Positions 15,899 through 24,152 of a DNA stretch of 24,907 nt are shown one piece after another; position 1 is the first letter of the stretch, and every line of letters starts with the position of its first letter. The notes below the pieces were generated by a model. The model searched no databases, was not told the origin of the DNA, and saw only the letters and a program-made list of their open reading frames with translations. A program made the position numbers and the translations under genes. Location of the stretch: the NCBI GenBank assembly GCA_967755155.1, contig CBRAFF010000001.1, forward strand, positions 1-24,907, read 5' to 3'. This DNA comes from an uncultured bacterium (lineage in GTDB: Bacteria; Acidobacteriota; Terriglobia; Terriglobales; Acidobacteriaceae).

Positions 15899-17008
15899 AT
15901 GATGAACAAGATGATCGTCTCCAACGTGGCGCACCGGCCCATCCGGTCGCTCATCAGCGCCTTCGCCATTGCCGTGGAGGTGACGCTCATCCTGCTGCTC
16001 GTGGGCCTGGCCACCGGTATCCTCAACGACTCCAAGGAGCGCCAGGTGGGCGTCGGCTTCGACATCATGGTCCGCCCGCCCGGCTCCTCCTTCATCATGG
16101 GCGTCACCGGCTCTCCGGTCTCCATGAAGGTGGCGGACGTGCTCCGCAAGGTGCCGCACGTGGTCGCGGTCGCCCCCGTGGTCACCCAGATCTCCACCAG
16201 CGGAGGCACGGTCGAGGTGCTCTACGGCATCGAGCTGGCCAGCTTCGAATCCATGGGCGGGCCCTTCCACTATCTGCAGGGCGGACCCTTCCAGGGGCCC
16301 GACGAGATCATCGTGGACGACTTCTTCGCCGACTCGAAGAACGTGAAGGTCGGCTCCACCATGGAAGTCCTGAACCACGACTTCCGCGTGGCCGGCATCG
16401 TGGAGCACGGCAAGGGCGCGCGCAAGTTCATGCCCATTGAGACCGTGCAGGACCTGGTCGGCGCCCAGGGCAAGGCCTCCATCTTCTACCTGAAGCTCGA
16501 CAACCCCGCCAACGCCGACCTGGTGGTGGCCGAGGTCAAGCGCATCCCGGGCATGGAGAAGTACGGCGTGCAGTCGCTCCGGGAATGGCTCTCGCTCATG
16601 ACCCCGGCCAATCTTCCCGGCTTCTCCACCTTCATCAACGTGGTCATCGGCGTGGCGGTGTGCATCGGCTTCATCGTCACCTTCCAGACCATGTACACCG
16701 CGGTCATGGAGCGCACCCGCGAGATCGGCATCCTCAAGTCGCTGGGCGCTTCCAAGGGGTACATCGTCCAGATCATCCTGCGCGAGACGCTGCTCATCGC
16801 GCTGCTGGGAATCGTGCTCGGCATCCTGCTCAGCCTGGCCACCGCCGAGGGCATCCGCCACAAGTTCCCTACCCTGCGCATCCTCATCGCCTACTCCTGG
16901 ATCCTGCGCGCCGCCGCCATCGCCTTCGCCGGCGCCTTCCTCGGCGCCATCTATCCCGCCTTCAAAGCCGCGCAAAAAGACCCGGTGGACGCCCTCGCCT
17001 ACGAGTAG
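15899..17008 (+). CDS. ABC transporter permease, MacB/FtsX family
   Basis: N-terminal TM, periplasmic domain, VMERTREIGILKSLGA, C-terminal DPVDALAYE; no ATPase gene adjacent. Confidence 0.88.
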   Translation: MMNKMIVSNVAHRPIRSLISAFAIAVEVTLILLLVGLATGILNDSKERQVGVGFDIMVRPPGSSFIMGVTGSPVSMKVADVLRKVPHVVAVAPVVTQISTSGGTVEVLYGIELASFESMGGPFHYLQGGPFQGPDEIIVDDFFADSKNVKVGSTMEVLNHDFRVAGIVEHGKGARKFMPIETVQDLVGAQGKASIFYLKLDNPANADLVVAEVKRIPGMEKYGVQSLREWLSLMTPANLPGFSTFINVVIGVAVCIGFIVTFQTMYTAVMERTREIGILKSLGASKGYIVQIILRETLLIALLGIVLGILLSLATAEGIRHKFPTLRILIAYSWILRAAAIAFAGAFLGAIYPAFKAAQKDPVDALAYE

Positions 17009-17026
17009 CCGGAAGCCCCGTCCGCG

Positions 17027-17056
17027 TTGACAATCCGCGCCTTTTTCCGCTATCTT
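17027..17056 (+). promoter_or_regulatory. rplM-rpsI promoter
   Basis: TTGACA-18 nt-TATCTT. Confidence 0.55.
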
Positions 17057-17159
17057 GAATATTCAGCTGTCTTGCAGTTGCCCGCCTGAGGTTCCTATCA
17101 GCAGTGTTCCGATAGGGTGGACTTGAGCGGTTTTCTTTCTATCTCTGGGAGAGTCTGGA

Positions 17160-17603
17160 ATGTCTACCTATTTCCCCGGCGCCGGGGAAATCGAGCGTAA
17201 GTGGTACGTCGTGGACGCGGCGGGGCTGACCCTCGGCCGCCTCGCTACCCGTGTGGCCACCATCCTGAGCGGCAAGGACCGCCCGCGCTACACCCCGTTC
17301 CTCGATACCGGCGACCACGTCATCGTCATCAACGCCTCCCAGATCCGCGTCACCGGCCTGCGCGCCGACCAGAAGGTCTATCACCGCTACACCGGCTTCC
17401 CCGGCGGCCACCGCAGCGAGAGCTTCAAGAAGCGCTTTGCCCGCAAGCCGGAAGGCATCGTCGAAGACGCCATCGTGGGCATGCTGCCCAAGACCAAGCT
17501 GGGCCGCGCCATGGCTAAGAAACTCAAGGTCTATCGCGACGACAAGCACCTGCACCAGGCCCAGAAGCCGCAGGCCCTGTCGCTGGCCCGCAAACGGGCA
17601 TAA
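17160..17603 (+). CDS. rplM: 50S ribosomal protein L13
   Basis: [32 protein letters not shown]. Confidence 0.97.
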   Translation: MSTYFPGAGEIERKWYVVDAAGLTLGRLATRVATILSGKDRPRYTPFLDTGDHVIVINASQIRVTGLRADQKVYHRYTGFPGGHRSESFKKRFARKPEGIVEDAIVGMLPKTKLGRAMAKKLKVYRDDKHLHQAQKPQALSLARKRA

Positions 17604-17692
17604 GTTTTTCGCAGCCGCTTTCCGCTGCTATTTTTTTGAATGGATGGAAGCCGGGGGCTGAGCAGGACCGCCGCCGGGGCAAGGCAAACGAG

Positions 17693-17753
17693 AGGGCACG
17701 ACTTCAGTCGTGCCGATAAGAACGAATGGATGGCGGGGCTTTAGCCCCTGAGG
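17693..17753 (+). repeat. REP-like element, family A, copy 2
   Basis: GGCACGACT-TC-AGTCGTGCC...GGGCTTTAGCCCCTGAGG; one compensatory base-pair change versus copy 1. Confidence 0.85.
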
Positions 17754-17758
17754 AGAGC

Positions 17759-18154
17759 ATGGCAGAGCAGACTCAGTACTACGGCACCGGACGCCGCAAG
17801 ACCTCGATCGCCCGGGTGTATTTGCGCCCCGGCAGCGGCACGTTCCAGATCAACGGCCGCCCCTTCGAGAGTTACTTCGTGACCGAAGCGCAGCGCAACC
17901 GGGCCCGCCAGCCGCTGGTACTCACCGAGACCTCCGCCACCTTCAACGTCAGCGCCACCGTCTGCGGCGGCGGCATCGACGGCCAGGCCGGAGCGGTCAA
18001 GCTGGGCATCGCCCGCGCCCTGCTCGGCTTCAACCTCGAGTTGCGGCCCAAGCTCAAGGCCGCCGGCATGCTCACGCGCGATTCGCGCTCCAAGGAGCGC
18101 AAGAAGTACGGGCAGAAGGGCGCCCGCAAGCGGTTCCAATATTCGAAGCGCTAG
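17759..18154 (+). CDS. rpsI: 30S ribosomal protein S9
   Basis: [36 protein letters not shown]. Confidence 0.97.
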   Translation: MAEQTQYYGTGRRKTSIARVYLRPGSGTFQINGRPFESYFVTEAQRNRARQPLVLTETSATFNVSATVCGGGIDGQAGAVKLGIARALLGFNLELRPKLKAAGMLTRDSRSKERKKYGQKGARKRFQYSKR

Positions 18155-18185
18155 CGAATGTGACTGAGGGCCTTCAGGCCCGAAG

Positions 18186-18213
18186 CCCTGAGCGAGCGAA
18201 GCGAGTCGAAGGG
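18186..18213 (+). repeat. CCTGAGCG-family intergenic repeat
   Basis: CCCTGAGCGAGCGAAGCGAGTCGAAGGG shares motifs with 19238-19284 and 23332-23388. Confidence 0.6.
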
Positions 18214-18295
18214 GATAAAAATCTCCCCGCGGTGCGGGGAAGGAATCCGGAGCGGGCTCTAAGCCGCGAAGGATGCAATTCAACGAGGAGGTAGT

Positions 18296-19189
18296 TTGGC
18301 GAATATCACCATGAAGGAGTTGCTCGAAGCGGGCGTCCACTTCGGGCACCAGACCAAGCGCTGGAATCCCAAGATGAAGGAATTCATCTTCGGCGAGCGC
18401 AACGGCATTTACATCATCGACCTGCAGAAGACCCTCAAGATGTTCAAGGACGCCTCCAAGTTCGTCCAGGACCAGGCCGCCGCGGGCAAGACCCTGCTGT
18501 TTGTCGGCACCAAGCGCCAGGCGCAGGACGCCATCTCCGAGGAAGCCCAGCGCTGCGGCATGTTCTACGTGAACCAGCGCTGGCTGGGCGGGCTGCTCAC
18601 CAACTGGGTGACCGTGCAGAAGTCGGTCAAGCGCCTCAAAGAGCTCGACGACATGGCCACCGACGGCCGCTACGACCTGCTGCCCAAGAAGGAAGTCATC
18701 AAGCTGGAGCGCGAGCGCAAGCACCTGCAGACGAACCTGGCCGGCATCAAGAGCATGACTCGCCTGCCCGACGCGCTGTTCGTCATCGACTCCAACAAGG
18801 AACAGATCGCCGTCAAGGAAGCCCGCAAGCTCGGCATCCCCGTGGTCGCCGTGGTCGACACCAACTGCGACCCCAGCGAAGTGGATTACGTCATCCCCGG
18901 CAACGACGACGCCCTGCGCGCCATCCGCCTCTTTGCCTCCAAGGTCGCCGACTCGGTCGCCGAAGGCGCTCAGTTGCTCACCGACCAGCAGACCGCGGAA
19001 ATGTCCGCCATGGCCGAGGCCGCCCCTGCCGAAGACGAAGCCGCCGCCGGCGAGGCCTCCGAAGTCCCCGCCGAGGCCGCCGCTGCGGAAGCCGAAGACG
19101 TCAGCATGGAAGACGTCCTGGGCCAGGGCACGCGCAAGCGCCCCGCCGCCAAGGCCGAGACCGATCCGGTCGAGTCCAAGACGTACTAG
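18296..19189 (+). CDS. rpsB: 30S ribosomal protein S2
   Basis: TTG start after GAGGAGG; [33 protein letters not shown]; acidic Ala-rich tail. Confidence 0.97.
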   Translation: MANITMKELLEAGVHFGHQTKRWNPKMKEFIFGERNGIYIIDLQKTLKMFKDASKFVQDQAAAGKTLLFVGTKRQAQDAISEEAQRCGMFYVNQRWLGGLLTNWVTVQKSVKRLKELDDMATDGRYDLLPKKEVIKLERERKHLQTNLAGIKSMTRLPDALFVIDSNKEQIAVKEARKLGIPVVAVVDTNCDPSEVDYVIPGNDDALRAIRLFASKVADSVAEGAQLLTDQQTAEMSAMAEAAPAEDEAAAGEASEVPAEAAAAEAEDVSMEDVLGQGTRKRPAAKAETDPVESKTY

Positions 19190-19206
19190 CCGGCCGGAAC
19201 TGTGTG

Positions 19207-19284
19207 GCACAGCCGCCCTCGGCTGTGCGCTCTAGGTTGTCATCCTGAGCGAGATGATTCTGCTTCACATCGAGCGAAGGATCT
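19207..19284 (+). repeat. Cluster of two different REP-like elements between rpsB and tsf
   Basis: Hairpin GCACAGCCG-CCCT-CGGCTGTGC (19207-19228), then TGTCATCCTGAGCG...GAGCGAAGGATCT (19238-19284). Confidence 0.7.
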
Positions 19285-19377
19285 GGGCGCGCCGATTCGC
19301 GCCCGGGCGCGGCGCAGCCCGCCCGGAATAACCGCGCGAAAGGCGCGCATCCTTTGTAGAAAGGCTTTATAAATAGA

Positions 19378-20037
19378 ATGGGTACTACCACCGTGACCAT
19401 CTCAGCCGCACAAGTCAAAGAACTCCGCCAGAAGACCGGCGCCCCCATGATGGACTGCAAGCAGGCGCTCGAGGAAGCCAAGGGCGACCTGGAGCAGGCC
19501 ATCGTCCACCTGCGCAAGAAGGGCGTAGCCACCGCCGCCAAGAAGGCGACGCGCGTCACCAGCGAGGGCTCCGTCGCCAGCTACATCCACGCCGGCGGCA
19601 AGATCGGCGTGCTGGTCGAGATCAACTGCGAATCCGATTTCGTCGCCCGCACCGACGACTTCAAGGACCTGGTGCACGATATCGCCATGCACATCGCCGC
19701 CAGCGATCCCAAGTTCATCCGCCGCGAGGACGTCACCCCCGAGGCCTACGAGCGCGAGAAGGAGATCTACCGCGAGCAGGCCAAGGCCACCGGCAAGCCT
19801 GAGAACGTGGTGGAGAAGATCGTCGAGGGCAAGATGGGCAAGTTCTACGAGGAGGTCTGCCTCTACGACCAGCCCTTCATCAAGGAGCAGACCATCACCA
19901 TCTCCCAGCTCATCGCCTCCAAGATCGGCAAGCTGGGCGAGAACGTCTCCGTCCGCCGCTTCGCCCGCTTCAAGGTGGGCGACGTGGGCGAGACCGTCGC
20001 CATCGGCAAGCCGCCCCAGGAGCCCAAATCCGAGTAG
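19378..20037 (+). CDS. tsf: Elongation factor Ts (short form)
   Basis: [33 protein letters not shown]. Confidence 0.96.
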   Translation: MGTTTVTISAAQVKELRQKTGAPMMDCKQALEEAKGDLEQAIVHLRKKGVATAAKKATRVTSEGSVASYIHAGGKIGVLVEINCESDFVARTDDFKDLVHDIAMHIAASDPKFIRREDVTPEAYEREKEIYREQAKATGKPENVVEKIVEGKMGKFYEEVCLYDQPFIKEQTITISQLIASKIGKLGENVSVRRFARFKVGDVGETVAIGKPPQEPKSE

Positions 20038-20052
20038 CTTAGGTTTTTCCGG

Positions 20053-20083
20053 ACGGCGGGCTGCGGCCCGCCGTTTTCCTTTT
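20053..20083 (+). terminator. Intrinsic terminator after tsf
   Basis: ACGGCGGGC-TGCG-GCCCGCCGT-TTTCCTTTT. Confidence 0.75.
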
Positions 20084-20155
20084 GTTCCCCAGGTCCTGGA
20101 AGCGGACGCCCTGCCCCGCCTCTTCTTTCCGCCGCGCCTGTATACTTATTTGGAT

Positions 20156-20863
20156 ATGCCACTGGTCTTCAAACGCATTCTGCTCAAGCTCTCCGGCGAA
20201 GCTCTCGCCGGCGGCCATGATTTTGGCGTGGACGCCAAGCGCGTCGAGGAGATCGCCCTCGAGCTGCAGGACGTCCACTCCCTCGGCATCCAGATCGCCA
20301 TCGTGGTGGGCGGCGGCAACTTCTTCCGCGGCACCGAGCAGGCGGAGATGGACCGCGTGGCCGCCGACCACATGGGCATGCTGGCCACCGTCATCAACGC
20401 CCTCGCCCTGCAGGACGCCCTGGAAAAACTCGGCATCTACACCCGCGTCATGTCGGCCATCGAGATGCACCAAGTGGCCGAGCCCTTCATCCGCCGCCGC
20501 GCCATGCGCCACCTGGAGAAGGGCCGCATCATCGTCTTCGCCGCCGGCACCGGCAATCCCTACTTCTCCACCGACACCGCCGCCTCCCTCCGCGCCATGG
20601 AGATCAAGGCCGACGCCATCCTCAAGGCCACCAAGGTGGACGGCATCTACGACGCCGACCCCGTCCAGGTGAAGGACGCCCACATGTTCGACCGCATCAC
20701 CTACATGGACGTCCTCAAGAAGGGCCTCAAGGTCATGGACTCCACCGCCATCAGCCTGTGCAAGGACAACAACCTTCCCATCGTCATCTTCAACCTCAAC
20801 AAGCGCGGCAACATCCGCCGCGTGGTGACGGGCGAGAAGATCGGCTCCCTGGTCGGCGCCTAG
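20156..20863 (+). CDS. pyrH: Uridylate kinase
   Basis: [40 protein letters not shown]. Confidence 0.96.
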   Translation: MPLVFKRILLKLSGEALAGGHDFGVDAKRVEEIALELQDVHSLGIQIAIVVGGGNFFRGTEQAEMDRVAADHMGMLATVINALALQDALEKLGIYTRVMSAIEMHQVAEPFIRRRAMRHLEKGRIIVFAAGTGNPYFSTDTAASLRAMEIKADAILKATKVDGIYDADPVQVKDAHMFDRITYMDVLKKGLKVMDSTAISLCKDNNLPIVIFNLNKRGNIRRVVTGEKIGSLVGA

Positions 20864-20872
20864 CTGCTTCTA

Positions 20873-20897
20873 CATCCTGAGCGCAGCGAGGGAGCCC
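20873..20897 (+). repeat. CATCCYGA-family intergenic repeat
   Basis: CATCCTGAGCGCAGCGAGGGAGCCC. Confidence 0.6.
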
Positions 20898-20976
20898 TTT
20901 CCCGCTCCGCCAGCCAGCCGCGAGCCGCTTGTGTTTATAATGTGCGCTTCGAATTCCTTCATCCCGCGGAGCCACC

Positions 20977-21564
20977 ATGACCCAGCTCACGATGGTAAGC
21001 GTTCCCGCTCTCAAGGAATCCTATCTGCAGCTCAAGGCCCGCATGGACAAAGCGGTGGAAGACTTCCGCCGCGAGCTCACCGGCGTGCGCACCGGCCGCG
21101 CCTCCGTGCACATGCTGGACTCCGTCCATGTGGATTACTACGGCTCGCAGATGCCGCTCAACCAGATTGCGCAGGTGCATGCACCGGAGCCGCAACTGCT
21201 CACCGTGCAGCCCTTCGACCCGACGTCTTTGCCGGTCCTCGAGAAGGCCATCCGCTCCGCCGACCTCGGCCTGAATCCCATGAACGACGGCAAGATCATC
21301 CGCGTCCCGGTGCCAGCCTTGACCGAGGAGCGGCGCAAGGAGATGGTCAAGCACCTGCACAAGGTGCTGGAAGACCACCGCACCGCCGTGCGCAACATCC
21401 GCCGCGACGGCAACGAGCTCATCAAGAAGGCGATGAAGGATAAGAAGATCTCCGAGGACGAGGAGCGTCGCTCCCTCGACGAGATCCAGAAACTCACCGA
21501 CACCGAGATCAAGAAGATGGAAGAGATGGGCGCCGGCAAGGAGAAGGAAGTGATGCAGGTGTAG
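20977..21564 (+). CDS. frr: Ribosome recycling factor
   Basis: RMDKAVE, RTGRAS, LGLNPMNDG, LTEERRK, RNIRRD, DEIQKLTD. Confidence 0.96.
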   Translation: MTQLTMVSVPALKESYLQLKARMDKAVEDFRRELTGVRTGRASVHMLDSVHVDYYGSQMPLNQIAQVHAPEPQLLTVQPFDPTSLPVLEKAIRSADLGLNPMNDGKIIRVPVPALTEERRKEMVKHLHKVLEDHRTAVRNIRRDGNELIKKAMKDKKISEDEERRSLDEIQKLTDTEIKKMEEMGAGKEKEVMQV

Positions 21565-21612
21565 CTCCGGCGTCGCGCCGGCGTCTCGCCGGTGTCGCGC
21601 CGGCGTCTCGCC
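21561..21612 (+). repeat. GTAG-initiated tandem REP-like repeat overlapping the frr stop
   Basis: GTAG includes the stop codon; 19-mer GTCGCGCCGGCGTCTCGCC at 21572-21590 and 21594-21612. Confidence 0.65.
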
Positions 21613-21683
21613 CGCGCTCGTCCTTGCCCGAAGAACCACGACATCCTCGCGTGCTCTGCGACCTCCCAGCCCTCTGTGGTTAA

Positions 21684-23936
21684 ATGGAACCCGTGAAGCG
21701 CGTAGTCCATGCCGCCTGCCCGCACGACTGCCCCGACGCCTGCGGCGTGCTCATCACCGTGGAAGACGGCCGCGCCATCAAGCTCCAGGGCGACCCCAAG
21801 CATCCCGTCACCCGCGGGTTCCTCTGCGCCAAGGTCGCCAAGTACCTGGACCGCGTCTACTCCCCCGACCGCGTGCTCTATCCCATGCGCCGCCGGAAGG
21901 ACGCGCCCAAGGGCGCAGGCCACAAGGGTCCCGCGGATTTCGAGCGCATCTCCTGGGACGCGGCGCTCGACCAGGTCTGCGAGCGCTTCCGCCAAATCTC
22001 GAAGGAGTTCGGCCCGGAAGCCATCCTGCCTTACTCCTATGGCGGGACGCTGGGCGTTCTGAACGGCGCCTCCATGGACCGGCGCTTCTTCCACCGCCTG
22101 GGCGCCTCGCAACTCAATCGCACCATCTGCGCCACCGCCGGAGGCGACGCGCTCATCTCGGTCATCGGGGTGAAGGAAGGCACCGAGCCCGAGCAGTTCC
22201 GCCATTCCAAGTACATCCTGGCCTGGGGCGCGAACATCCACGGCGCCAACGTGCACCTGTGGCCCTTTATCGAGGAGGCGCGCCGCGCCGGCGGCAAGCT
22301 GGTGGTCATCGATCCCTACCGCACGCGCACCGCCGCCTGCGCCGACTGGTATCTGCCCATCCATCCCGGCACCGACGTGGCCCTGGCGCTGGGCATGATG
22401 CACGTCATCATCGGCGAGAACCTGCACGACGCCGATTACGTCGCCCGCCACACCGTGGGCTTCGACGAGCTGCGCAAGCGGGTCGAGGAGTATCCGCCGG
22501 AGCGCGTCGCCGCCTCCACCGGCATCGCCGCCGCGGACATCGTCAAGCTGGCGCGCGAGTACGCCACCTGCCGCCCCGCCGCCATCCGCGTGAACTACGG
22601 CGTGCAGCGCTCGGAGAACGGCGGCATGGCCATGCGCTCCATCGCCATGCTGCCCTGCATCACCGGCTCCTGGAAGGAGGTGGGCGGCGGCCTGCAGCTT
22701 TCCACCAGCGGCGGGTTCCCGCTGGATAAGGCCGCGCTCGAGCGCGCCGACCTGATGGACTCCAGCCCGCTCGGCCGCCCCGCCCGCTCGGTCAACATGA
22801 CGGAACTGGGCAAGGTGCTCACCTCGCCGGGCTCGCCGCCCGTCCAGGCGCTCTTCGTGTACTGCTCCAACCCCGCCGCCATCGCTCCCAACCACAACGA
22901 CGTCGTCCGCGGCCTGCGCCGGGACGACCTGTTCACCGTGGTGCACGAGCAGTTCTTCACCGACACCACCGACTACGCCGACGTCCTGCTGCCCGCGACC
23001 ACATTCTTCGAGCACAAGGACCTGCAGGCTTCTTACGGTCACTACTACCTGCAGATGTCGGAGCAGGCCATCGCCCCCCTGGGCGAGTGCCGCTCCAACG
23101 TCGAACTGTTCCGCGCCCTGGCCCAGCGCATGGGCTTTGACGACGACTGCTTCCGCCAGTCCGTGGACGAGATGATGGACCTCGCCCTGGCCGGCGGCCA
23201 CCCGCGCTTGGCCGGCATCGACCGCCAGCGACTGGAGGCGGAAGGCCACGTGCGGCTGAACCTCCCGGTAGAGACGCCCGTCAGGGCGTCTCTCTCTTCA
23301 GATTGTCATCCCGAGCAAAACCTTACGGATGGTCATCCCGAGCGAGCGAGCGGGAGCGAAGGCGACCAAGCGCGAGTCGAGGGACCTCGGGTTTCAGGTT
23401 CGCCAACGACCAACGACCAAAGACCAGCGGCGTTCTTTCTCCCCTTCGCCGCAGGCAACTTCCCCACCTCCAGCGGCAAGGCCGAGCTTTACAGCGACGC
23501 CCTGGCCGCTCAGGGGCTCGACCCGGTGGCTTGCTTCATCCCGCCGCGCGAGTCGCGCCACACCGAGTTGGCCCGCTCCTTCCCCCTGGAGCTGCTGGCG
23601 CGCAAGGCGGACAACTTCCTCAACTCCAGCTTCTGCAATGTGGAATCGCTGCAGGCGCTGGAACAACCCGAGCTTCTCGAACTTCACGCCGGCGACGCGG
23701 CGGCGCGCGCCATCTGCGACGGCGACCAGGTACGGGTGTTCAACCAGCGCGGCGAGATAGTGCTCACCGCGCGCGTCAATGGCTCGGTCCCTCGCGGCGT
23801 GGTGGCCGCCCGCCTCCATTGGGCCAAGCTGACCCCGGGCGGACGCAACATCAACGTGCTCACCTCGGAGCGCCTCACCGACATCGGCGCCGCCGCCACC
23901 TTCTACTCCGTGCTGGTCGAAGTGGAGCGCGCCTGA
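21684..23936 (+). CDS. Molybdopterin oxidoreductase family protein (4Fe-4S, Mo/W-bisPGD) with an in-frame insertion
   Basis: CPHDCPDAC...LCAK, RISWD, AWGAN, VIDPYRT, PGTDVALALG, FTDTTDYADVLLPA, C-terminal cofactor-binding domain. Confidence 0.9.
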   Translation: MEPVKRVVHAACPHDCPDACGVLITVEDGRAIKLQGDPKHPVTRGFLCAKVAKYLDRVYSPDRVLYPMRRRKDAPKGAGHKGPADFERISWDAALDQVCERFRQISKEFGPEAILPYSYGGTLGVLNGASMDRRFFHRLGASQLNRTICATAGGDALISVIGVKEGTEPEQFRHSKYILAWGANIHGANVHLWPFIEEARRAGGKLVVIDPYRTRTAACADWYLPIHPGTDVALALGMMHVIIGENLHDADYVARHTVGFDELRKRVEEYPPERVAASTGIAAADIVKLAREYATCRPAAIRVNYGVQRSENGGMAMRSIAMLPCITGSWKEVGGGLQLSTSGGFPLDKAALERADLMDSSPLGRPARSVNMTELGKVLTSPGSPPVQALFVYCSNPAAIAPNHNDVVRGLRRDDLFTVVHEQFFTDTTDYADVLLPATTFFEHKDLQASYGHYYLQMSEQAIAPLGECRSNVELFRALAQRMGFDDDCFRQSVDEMMDLALAGGHPRLAGIDRQRLEAEGHVRLNLPVETPVRASLSSDCHPEQNLTDGHPERASGSEGDQARVEGPRVSGSPTTNDQRPAAFFLPFAAGNFPTSSGKAELYSDALAAQGLDPVACFIPPRESRHTELARSFPLELLARKADNFLNSSFCNVESLQALEQPELLELHAGDAAARAICDGDQVRVFNQRGEIVLTARVNGSVPRGVVAARLHWAKLTPGGRNINVLTSERLTDIGAAATFYSVLVEVERA
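23268..23426 (+). repeat. Composite REP-like insertion translated in frame
   Basis: GTAG hairpin, two GTCATCCCGAGC copies and a 7-nt tandem; 159 nt with no stop. Confidence 0.8.
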
Positions 23937-24008
23937 CCTTGCGTTCGGGCGACCTGTGGGAGCTGGGGGGCGGGGATTTCTGTCAATACTCTCGCTCGAT
24001 CCTCCAGG

Positions 24009-24106
24009 ATCAATGAGTTAGCGAGCGCAATCCCCACTGAATCCCCGAAAAATCCCCAGGGGATTTGAAATCCCCGGGAATCCCCAGGGGATTCCCTTGG
24101 GGACTC
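24009..24106. repeat. AATCCCC repeat array with an IHF-like site (possible mobile-element end)
   Basis: ATCAATGAGTTA at 24009-24020; AATCCCC at 24029, 24040, 24051, 24069, 24079; palindrome AATCCCC-A-GGGGATT at 24051-24065 and 24079-24093. Confidence 0.65.
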
Positions 24107-24152
24107 GAAGCTGCTGGCTGCCGCCGGCTGGCTGCCGACTGGCGCCCTCGCA

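Noticed and set aside
18214-18295. rpsB leader autoregulatory RNA
   Set aside because: Plausible by position, and a CCCCGC/GCGGGG hairpin exists, but it could not be matched confidently to the known motif without a covariance model.
17741-19210. 489-aa minus-strand ORF
   Set aside because: Antisense to rpsI and rpsB.
19378-20037. Short EF-Ts as a truncation
   Set aside because: Short EF-Ts forms of about 200 aa are established in several phyla, and both termini look intact.
21138-23249. 703-aa minus-strand ORF
   Set aside because: Antisense shadow of frr and the oxidoreductase; no domain signal.
24029-24106. AATCCCC array as a CRISPR
   Set aside because: Units are 7 bp with 3-11 bp gaps, far from repeat-spacer dimensions, and no cas genes are in view.
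24113-24140. CTGGCTGCCG duplication downstream of the GH17-like gene
   Set aside because: Only two short copies; likely another low-complexity intergenic repeat.
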